From positions 1 through 8,988 of the forward strand of contig NW_021828165.1 in NCBI RefSeq assembly GCF_006345805.1: a stretch of 8,988 nt of DNA, given 5' to 3'. Position 1 is the first letter of the stretch; the number at the start of each line of letters is the position of its first letter. Positions 1 to 8,988 of the stretch are shown here, one piece after another. A program made the position numbers and the translations under genes. The DNA comes from Octopus sinensis (lineage: Eukaryota). The notes beneath the pieces are model-generated. The model was given only the letters and a program-made list of their open reading frames with translations. It did not search any database and was not told where the DNA came from.

Positions 1-224
1 CATAAATCGGGCAACTCAGGAAGATGTAAACAACTGGTTTCTCTCATGTCTTTTAAACACAATGGATCTGGACGTGTTTGCAATCAAACTGTATGTTTTA
101 AGCGTGGAGATGAACGAATATGTGACCACGAATGGGGTCGCTTTTACTTGTTGCGGCCATGATTCACTATTTTCGAAATCGTTTTGTTTTTATTTTTGGT
201 TATTTATTTTTGTCAAAACCATAT

Positions 225-395
225 AAGACAGCGCCCTGGAAGAATCGGTAGCGCGCCGGCCAAAATGTTTGGCGGTATTTCCAACTCAAATTCCGCAGAG
301 GTCGGTTTTGCCTCTCATCCTATCGTGCTCGATACAATAAATAGCAGTATTTTGCCCTAGAATTTGCAGGCCTTGTGCCAAAATTTGAAACCAGA
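225..395 (+). mobile_element. Degenerate tRNA-derived SINE copy (octopus-type), internally deleted
   Basis: Aligns by eye to the better copy at 430-810: ctggaagaatcggtagcgcgccgg (A-box region), ctcaaattccgcagaggtcggttttgcctctcatcc (B-box/core) and tail aatttgcaggccttgtgccaaaatttgaaacc. Confidence 0.6.
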
Positions 396-439
396 ATTAA
401 AGCCATACAATATTTTAATATTAGCATAAGGCGACGAGC

Positions 440-450
440 TGGCAGAATCG
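440..450 (+). promoter_or_regulatory. Pol III A-box of SINE
   Basis: TGGCAGAATCG fits the A-box consensus TRGCnnARYnG, 10 nt from the SINE 5' end. Confidence 0.6.
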
Positions 451-672
451 TTAGCACGCCGGGCTGAATGCTTAACGGTATTTCGTCTGTCTATATTTTC
501 CACGGAGTTCGACTTTGCCTTTCATCCTTTCGGGGTCGATAAATTAAGGACCAGTTACGCACTGGGGTCGATATAATCGACTTAATCCGTTTGTCTGTTC
601 TTGTTTGCCCCCTCTATGTTTAGCCCCTTGTGGGTAGTAAAGAAATAGGAATTTCGTCTGTTTATACGTTCG

Positions 673-685
673 GAGTTCAAATTCC
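673..685 (+). promoter_or_regulatory. Pol III B-box of SINE (second core unit)
   Basis: GAGTTCAAATTCC fits the B-box consensus GTTCRAnnC. Confidence 0.6.
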
Positions 686-947
686 ACCGAGGTCGACTTT
701 GCTTTTCATCTTTTCGGGGTCGATAAATTAAGTACCAGTTGCATACTGAGGTCTCTCCCACCGGAAAAAAAAAATTCGGGTCTTGTGCCTAGAGTAGAAA
801 AGAATATTTTGATATCGGAATGCTTACTCGAACAATTAACGCAAAGCTGGCTCCCAATCGGCCGAAAACCAAAGCTCCAAGATCAACGTGTCTACTTAGC
901 CAGAATATGGTACTAGTAACAAACAGCCAAATAAATAAAGAAGCCGA

Positions 948-951
<4 letters not shown>

Positions 952-982
<31 letters not shown>

Positions 983-1004
983 TAATAATAATAATAATAA
1001 TAAT

Positions 1005-1077
<73 letters not shown>

Positions 1078-1085
1078 GTAATAAT
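952..1085. repeat. (AAT)n microsatellite with a 1-nt slip and one ATT variant
   Basis: (AAT)9, an extra A at about 979-981, then AAT units to 1076 with ATT at 1005, then GGT AAT AAT. Confidence 0.97.
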
Positions 1086-1220
1086 AAACGCAGGCAGTCA
1101 TGTAAATAATTGATGTGATCTGTTGCGGTGTAGTTAGATTGTTTTGACAGTTGGTTTGTGATACCGCCATGTCTATAGTGTTGGCCACCATTGTTCTGTA
1201 CTAACGCCACCTATTTGCAG

Positions 1221-1355
1221 ACATACAAAACATAAACACACATCCCCCCTCCTCATCCCCTTCCCCTCCTCCTCCTCCTCTCGTCCTATCTCTTATTCTC
1301 TTCTATTTCTTTTCTCCATTCTCACTATGTCCTCTTTTCGATTGACACTCGTGTC
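1221..1355 (+). other. Candidate exon (135 nt)
   Basis: TACTAAC at 1199-1205, TTTGCAG acceptor ending 1220, GTAAGT donor at 1356-1361. One frame is open across it and contains ATG at 1327 (MSSFRLTLV). No homology recognised. Confidence 0.3.
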
Positions 1356-1429
1356 GTAAGTACATTTATTATTACAGAACGAGATTACTGCCCACGCGTG
1401 TGTAGGTACGCGTATGTGTAGCTTTATAT

Positions 1430-1476
1430 ATGTATATGTGTGTATCGTGTATGATTGTGTATGGTATGAGTATGCA

Positions 1477-1518
<42 letters not shown>

Positions 1519-1792
1519 ATTTGTATATGTGTGCGAATGTATGTTTGCATGTGTGAGTATATATATATATATATATAAGCATATGTATGTGCGATTGCAA
1601 ATGTGTGTGTGTGTGTTCATATATATATAAATATATGCATATATACACACAAACATACATATATGATTGTGCATGTATGCAAATGTGAGCTTGCGATTTG
1701 AGTTCGTGAGGACTTGTGCGTGTGTGTATGAATGTGCGTGCGTAAGTGAGCGTATGTGTGTGTGTGTGTGTGTGTATGTTGTGTGTGTGTGT

Positions 1793-1828
<36 letters not shown>

Positions 1829-1830
1829 GT
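1430..1830. repeat. Compound (TA)n/(TG)n microsatellite field
   Basis: TA run at about 1480-1520, TG run at about 1755-1827, degenerate TG/TA in between. Confidence 0.95.
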
Positions 1831-1942
1831 ATGCAAATGTGAATAAACAGATGATCAAATGAATTGAGAAACTTTCGTACATCAAAAGGACAGCAACAAG
1901 AGGAAAAAGAACACCCAGCTATTATACTGGAAATTTTCAATG

Positions 1943-2072
1943 TGTGCGCACACACACACTCTTACACACACTAACACACATATATTTATATACCCTCACA
2001 CACACAAACACATATATATACATACATATATGCTTATATATATATAAATACACACACACACACATATATACG
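1943..2072. repeat. Degenerate (CA)n/(TA)n microsatellite
   Basis: Direct reading of the sequence. Confidence 0.9.
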
Positions 2073-2403
2073 TAGGTAGGTACGTTCTCATAATTGCTTC
2101 TCGTTCCCACGCCTTTAGCCTTAAGAGGTGTATTGTTTAAGAACGCCAATTGAAATTGAAACCGACACTTCGCAGTTACCTTCACCCACAATCACATCAC
2201 ACTTCGTACTTTTCATACGAGTTACCATCGTTTCGCGGTCATCAGTTGTGAATGACTTAGAAACGGTGATCGCTGACACCACCACCACCACCACCATCAA
2301 AACAACAGCAACCATCCCCGCTGCCGCTACTATAAACAGAGGTGCACTTATAATCAATATAAATATCTTGAAATTGTTCTCAAATCGTCTACTTGCTATT
2401 TTA

Positions 2404-2453
<50 letters not shown>

Positions 2454-2490
2454 ATACTAATACTACTACAACTGCTGCTGCTGCTGCTGC

Positions 2491-2526
<36 letters not shown>

Positions 2527-2533
2527 TAATAAT
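2404..2533. repeat. Compound trinucleotide array (ACT)n-(GCT)6-(AAT)n
   Basis: Direct reading; units change motif while keeping one 3-nt phase. Confidence 0.95.
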
Positions 2534-2562
2534 ATGAGAAATGAAAGATACCTGTCGTGCGC

Positions 2563-2696
2563 ATATATCTATCTATATATCTATATATATATGCGCGCGC
2601 GCGTGTTTGTATATATATATCCATCATGTTTTTGCAGCTTTATTAATAAAGCACATTACTCTACCTCCGGTAATCGAGTACTATTTTTCCGTCCTT

Positions 2697-2749
<53 letters not shown>

Positions 2750-2829
2750 ATATAAATATATAATGTGTATGTTTGTGTGTATATGTTTGCTTATGTGTGT
2801 ACGTGAGCGTGCATGTATGTGTGTAGGTC
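2563..2829. repeat. Dinucleotide repeat cluster including (CA)21 at 2701-2742 and (GC)5 at about 2593-2602
   Basis: Direct reading of the sequence. Confidence 0.9.
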
Positions 2830-3049
2830 GGTGTCTTTGTGGCTGTGTTTGTCTCTCATCAAGTCATGACAACCGGTGATGGTGTGTTAACGTCCCCGTA
2901 AGCTAGACTAGTTAACAAGCTTTAAAAGGAAAATAAATAAAATTTAAAAAAATAATAATAATAACTACTAGTATTGATTCGCTCGACTAAAATGCTACAA
3001 GGCGGTGCCCCAGCAAGGCCGCAGTCTAATCAGTGAAACAAGTAAAAGA
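2830..3049 (+). mobile_element. Degenerate SINE-like interspersed repeat (second octopus family), middle replaced by AT-rich sequence
   Basis: gtgtctttgtggctgtgtttgtc...gacaaccggtgatggtgtgttaacgtccccgtaa and gattcgctcgactaa...aaggcggtgccccagcaaggccgcagtc...tgaaacaagtaaaaga match both ends of an abundant Octopus repeat as I recall it. Not verified by search. Confidence 0.6.
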
Positions 3050-3272
3050 TATTTTTAAAACTTCACTTATTCACACACGGTTCTGTTGAATCAAGCCGCA
3101 ACCCTTGCGCCATTTACGCCCATCGCTCCTACCCAACAAACAACACCATAGTACCAACCGACAAACCAGCCAGCCAACCGACCTAACCCTTACTACGGTA
3201 CCAGACCCACCCGATCGCATGGGTTTTCGTCTTTAAACCTTTCTTATTCAATAAATTGTTTCTGGGTCTCCC

Positions 3273-3274
<2 letters not shown>

Positions 3275-3304
<30 letters not shown>
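3275..3304. repeat. (AC)15 microsatellite
   Basis: Direct reading of the sequence. Confidence 0.97.
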
Positions 3305-3306
<2 letters not shown>

Positions 3307-3357
3307 CTCAACAATAACAAGCAATAACACGCACAAGGAGTAGTAGTACGAGTCCAT

Positions 3358-3402
3358 GACGACGACGACGACGCCGGCGGCGGCGGGCGGCGGCGGCGGC
3401 GG
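3358..3402. repeat. GC-rich (GAC)5-(GGC)n trinucleotide tract
   Basis: gacgacgacgacgacgccggcggcggcgggcggcggcggcggcgg. Confidence 0.95.
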
Positions 3403-3520
3403 TAACAACACATTGTTATCATCCCTGCCCTCTTGTAACACATGTAAACTACTTCAGCACCTGGGGGTAGGTCGAGGTAGAATAAAAATTCGCCGCAGGG
3501 ATTCTTCCAGGGGTATATTG

Positions 3521-3529
3521 TATATAAAG
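3521..3529 (+). promoter_or_regulatory. Possible TATA box
   Basis: TATATAAAG with GC-rich flanks, next to a CpG-rich segment. Motif match only. Confidence 0.2.
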
Positions 3530-3567
3530 GGCCGCTGGATAACACAGAATGAGAAGCCGAGGAGAAC

Positions 3568-3597
3568 GATACATACATACATACATACATACATACA

Positions 3598-3642
<45 letters not shown>

Positions 3643-3690
3643 TGTGTGTATGTATGTATGTTATGAGTGCATCTGTGTGTATGTGTGTGG
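3568..3690. repeat. (ATAC)n-(TA)n-(TATG)n compound microsatellite
   Basis: Direct reading of the sequence. Confidence 0.95.
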
Positions 3691-3854
3691 ATACAGAGAA
3701 GAAAGAACTTGATAAGAGGGGGTGGATTGAGGGTGCTTTGTTTGGTGTGGTTGTGTGTGTGGGCAGATGGGTGTGTGCGCGTGCGTACGTGTGTGTCGGG
3801 GGGAGTTTTTTCATTTCTCTTGAATGAGAAACTGTTTTAGAGTTTGTGCATGCT

Positions 3855-3938
3855 TCTCTCTCTCCCCACTCTCTCCCCCCTCTCTCTCTCACTCTCTCTC
3901 TCTCTATCTATCTATCTATATATATATATATATATACA

Positions 3939-3972
<34 letters not shown>

Positions 3973-4016
3973 CATGCATACTACATACATACATACATAC
4001 ATACATACATACATAC
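3855..4016. repeat. (CT)n-(TCTA)n-(TA)n-(CATA)n compound microsatellite
   Basis: Direct reading of the sequence. Confidence 0.95.
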
Positions 4017-4702
4017 AAATACTGATGCATATGTACTTACATACATATACATATATATATACAAAACCAGAAAGAAGAAAGCGAATTCGAAGACCACAGA
4101 TCTACTCCATCAATGGAACTGTAAAAGTCTGTAAAACTTTCCTGAAGTTTACCATTTAAATATATATGAGCATGTCTAGATATGCAACTATATGCATGAG
4201 GATATATACACAAAGCAAATAAACAATTCTGGATACATAAATTCATACAAAAATTCCTTGTTGAACGAAAATCTACGTTTTCAGATTCTCAACATTCAAC
4301 AAAACGCCACTTTTATATATATATATATATATATAAAAGTGGCGTTTTGTTGAATGTTTGAGAATCTGAAAACGTAGATTTTCGTTCAACAAGGAATTTT
4401 TGTATGAATTTATGTATCCAGAATTGTTTATTTTGCTTTGTGTATATATCCTCATGCATATAGTTGCAAATCTAGACATGCTCATATATATTTAAATGGT
4501 AAACTTCAGGAAAGTTTTACAGACTTTTACAGTTCCATTGATGGAGTAGATCTGTGGTCTTCGAATTCGCTTTCTTCTTTCTGGTTTTGTATATATATAT
4601 GTATATGTATGTAAGTACATATACATCAGTATTTGTATGTATGTATGTATGTATGTATGTATGTATGTATGTATGTATGTATGTATGTATGCATGTATGT
4701 AT
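3965..4702. repeat. Long spacer-less inverted repeat (palindrome), centre 4324/4325
   Basis: 4017-4324 is the reverse complement of 4325-4634 except for two 1-nt homopolymer indels (extra T at about 4358 and about 4432) and two substitutions (4182/4469, 4028/4623). Symmetry continues into the (CATA)n/(TATG)n flanks. Confidence 0.97.
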
Positions 4703-4726
4703 GTGTTCATGTATGTATGTGTTCAT
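4635..4726. repeat. (TATG)n microsatellite ending in a 16-bp tandem duplication (gtatgtatgtgttcat x2)
   Basis: Direct reading of the sequence. Confidence 0.93.
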
Positions 4727-4999
4727 GCATAGAACCCGTGTTCGCTTATGTTAATATTCTGAACGCTTAATAAACAGTGGAGTGGTTTATGAGGCTGCTA
4801 CGTAGTGATTCATCAAACAGGAACGACAAAATTTCCTAGACTTATTTATTTGATCTACATATTCGGCTAAAACTCACAAAAGGAGTATCACAGTATGGCT
4901 GCATTACAATGACTACGATTAGTCATTTATATATATGCATACATACACACACACATATACATGTGTGTGTGTTTGTATATATATATATATATATTAAGG

Positions 5000-5108
5000 T
5001 ATGTAGAAAAATACAACATGGACAAGAACGTATAACTCTTAGAAGACGATACAATAAACATGGACAGGACATTCGAACCCCTCAGTCTTCAGTCAAGAAC
5101 CGGATCAT
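5000..5108. mobile_element. Fragment of an interspersed repeat between two (TA)n tracts
   Basis: acaacatggacaagaacgtataactcttagaagacgatacaataaacatggacaggacattcgaa...cagtcttcagtcaagaaccggatc resembles a common Octopus repeat from memory. Internal direct repeat aacatggaca. Class unknown. Confidence 0.35.
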
Positions 5109-5744
5109 ATATATATATATATATATATGTATATACGTTTCCAAACGTAAGTAAGAGAGCTCAATACATGTTGCGGGGTGCATTTGTATTTGTCGAAGAA
5201 GGTGACTCACTCTGTCGCTATGCACGGCCATTTTGAATGATTTCCTTAACCAATAGCTTTGCGCAATCTCCTACTGCGATCATACGACAACATACGACGA
5301 GCAGGTTCTCATTTTTTTCACTACATAACCTACACAGGAATCATATGACTTTCCGCCCTATCCTTCTCCTTCCCCACTTTTTTCTACACACTCTTTTTTA
5401 TAATTTGTTCTTGCAAGTTAATGATGAAAGAAACTTTTTTTTACGTCTGGAATCTGTTAGACTTTAACCATTCCTCCCAATTTTTTGTCTTCAGAGAAGT
5501 TGTTGACGAGATCACCCTGTAAAGTTTTCTCTTATTAGAGCTAAAGCATTTTTTCACCTCTTAGCTTTTTTCTATATTCTATCAGAATCCTTTTATATAT
5601 ACACCGTTCTTTCTTATTCTAATTTCTCAATCACCAAATTTTACGTCATTTTTTCTTCTCATTTCTTTTGTTTTTTTCAATTTTGAGTATTAATTCTTCA
5701 TTTTTTACCGTATTTCTTTCTCTCACGAGCTATACATAGATACG

Positions 5745-5965
5745 CACACACACACATACATACATACATACATACATACATACATACATACATACATACA
5801 TACATGCATGCATACATACATACACATACATGCTTGTGTATGTGTATTTACATGCATTTATATATGTACACATAACTCACACGTATATATATACATATAT
5901 ATATGTATGCATATATATTTGTGTGTATGTGCGTATATATATACGTATACGTGTGCACATATACA
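5745..5965. repeat. (CATA)n and degenerate TA/TG microsatellite
   Basis: Direct reading of the sequence. Confidence 0.93.
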
Positions 5966-6029
5966 ACATACATGTCCATAAGTATGCATGTGAAAGAGAT
6001 TGACTTGCGGATCATGGTGTTGAGCTCAA

Positions 6030-6140
6030 TACCATAATAAATTCGTGAGCTCAATTCCAGGTCGGGCTGTGCATTACTCCTTTGAAATACATTGAAACAC
6101 ATTATTACATATTAGACCAGGCTACTCAGTTGTAAATAAG
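6030..6140 (+). mobile_element. Highly decayed tRNA-derived SINE remnant
   Basis: B-box-like gtgagctcaattcc followed by ggtcgggctgtg...aaacac.ttatt...cag...actcagttgtaaat, similar to a cephalopod SINE body as I recall it. Confidence 0.35.
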
Positions 6141-6231
6141 CATCATCCCAGTGCAACTTGAACTCCTGTCTTCCTCCATCTGTCGTATCCATACTAATCA
6201 ATGTTTTGTATTATGATATTTTTTATTATAA

Positions 6232-6390
6232 TTTGCCTTTGATCCTTTCAAGTTTGATAAATTAAGTACCAGTTGCGTACTGGGGTCGATCTAATCGACT
6301 GTCAACCACCCAAAAATTTCAGGCCTTGTGACTAGTTCAAATTCTGAGTTCAAATTCCGCTGAGGTCGATTTTGCCAAGTACTGGTGTAG
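6232..6390 (+). mobile_element. Rearranged SINE fragments of the 430-810 family
   Basis: tttgcctttgatcctttc...gataaattaagtaccagttgcgtactggggtcgatctaatcgact, then tail aaaatttcaggccttgtgactag, then B-box segment gagttcaaattccgctgaggtcgattttgcc. Confidence 0.75.
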
Positions 6391-6693
6391 ATTAAATTGG
6401 CTAAGACACTTCTCCCACACACTTTTCGCTTTGTATTTAGAAAACAACTGTCGATTGTTCTTTCGTCACAAGATTCTGCTCGATCTAAACCACCCTCTAT
6501 TATATAGTTGTGGTTTTCCTCTGTATTTCACCTTTCCAAATGCCCCAATGACTGAGGCCTCTCTGTTCAATAAAAGAAATATTGAAAATAATCAGAACCA
6601 GCAAATTTCAGAAGGTCGGTTGGTAGCCTCATGCAACAGGTACATCGTCTCATTTTTACGGGAGGTAAAGCTAACCTGTGACTTCATAAGCCT

Positions 6694-6790
6694 CTGAGGT
6701 TGACTTTGCCTTTCACCTTTTGGAGTTCGAGAGAGCGCCACACAATTGTATACTGGGGCCGAACTTTCTGGCCAAAATTAAAAACCATTA
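6694..6790 (+). mobile_element. Short SINE fragment of the same family
   Basis: gaggttgactttgcctttcaccttttggagttcga...atactgggg...aaaattaaaaaccattatt. Confidence 0.5.
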
Positions 6791-6943
6791 TTATTATCAA
6801 TATCGTTGTTAATTTGACTCAGGTTCTATAGGTACCCGGTTAATAACCATAATCTTAGGTCTCTAATGGCTTTAAATAGTCTTCGACGTACATTGAAACC
6901 TCCTTTAATTTTTTTTGTTCCTAAGAAGCAAGCTTTCTGTAGA

Positions 6944-6961
6944 ATTATTATTATTATTATT
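6944..6961. repeat. (ATT)6: 3' tail or target tract of the retrotransposon
   Basis: Directly abuts the element 3' end; the minus strand reads ...gtcagacatag-aataataat. Confidence 0.9.
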
Positions 6962-8790
<1,829 letters not shown>

Positions 8791-8988
8791 AAAATTCAGA
8801 TTGATTTACATGCGATTCTTTCAGATATTTCCCTTGTACTCGTGCCTATACTCATAACTTCCTTCTTTCTTCATTCCTATGCATATACATACACCAAATC
8901 TTATATACACATATCCGTACATACATAGACACATCCACGCATGCACGCTTACACCACACACTGGTACACATATACATATGTGTGCATA

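Larger units (their letters stand above)
430..810 (+). mobile_element. tRNA-derived SINE with tandemly repeated core (octopus-type)
   Basis: Head GGCGACGAGCTGGCAGAATCGTTAGCACGCCGGG. The core atttcgtctg...gactttgc.tttcatc.tttcggggtcgataaattaag.accagtt occurs twice (about 480-570 and 651-752). Tail cttgtgcctagagtagaaaagaatatt. Matches my recollection of abundant Octopus tRNA-derived SINEs; exact family not assigned. Confidence 0.8.

Noticed and set aside
430-690. tRNA gene
   Set aside because: A- and B-box-like motifs belong to a SINE; no cloverleaf or anticodon arm can be built.
1862-1950. KRTATRGKR dibasic sites suggestive of a neuropeptide precursor
   Set aside because: The frame is closed by TGA just upstream, with no good acceptor or signal peptide.
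2121-2454. Overlapping + and - ORFs with hydrophobic or Thr-rich stretches
   Set aside because: Composition is driven by (ACC)n/(GGT)n and (TAC)n repeats. Splicing 1355 to the acceptor at 2119 hits a stop after a few codons.
2581-2610. Z-DNA-prone (TA)n(GC)5(GT) tract and other alternating purine-pyrimidine runs
   Set aside because: Such tracts are everywhere in this window; nothing suggests a specific function.
820-4250. Many track ORFs rich in poly-I/L/Y/T, HT, YI or CV
   Set aside because: They are translations of microsatellites that lack stop codons in some frames; no domain motifs.
4030-4620. Duplicated peptides in the palindrome arms (KPERRKRIRRPQIYSINGTVKVCKTFLK; GKLQESFTDFYSSIDGVDLWSS)
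   Set aside because: They appear twice only because of the inversion. They are short, flanked by repeats, and a faint resemblance of KVCKTF to transposase-like motifs is too weak to call.

Overview
Eukaryotic, AT-rich, microsatellite-dense non-coding DNA. The SINE families and repeat style point to an octopus (coleoid cephalopod) genome; this is recalled similarity, not a search result. No intact protein-coding gene is identifiable, and most ORFs in the supplied track are translations of simple repeats. Best-supported content: (1) a 5'-truncated, frameshifted non-LTR retrotransposon of the R4/Dong type on the minus strand (6962-8631; RT C-terminus, CCHC knuckle, PD-(D/E)xK endonuclease) with (TAA)n tracts at both ends; (2) a spacer-less inverted duplication of about 740 bp (about 3965-4702) centred on a (TA)n tract; (3) several whole, tandem or rearranged tRNA-derived SINE copies; (4) many simple repeats. 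Weaker signals are a few phase-compatible + strand exon candidates and a CpG-rich, TATA-containing segment at about 3080-3560.
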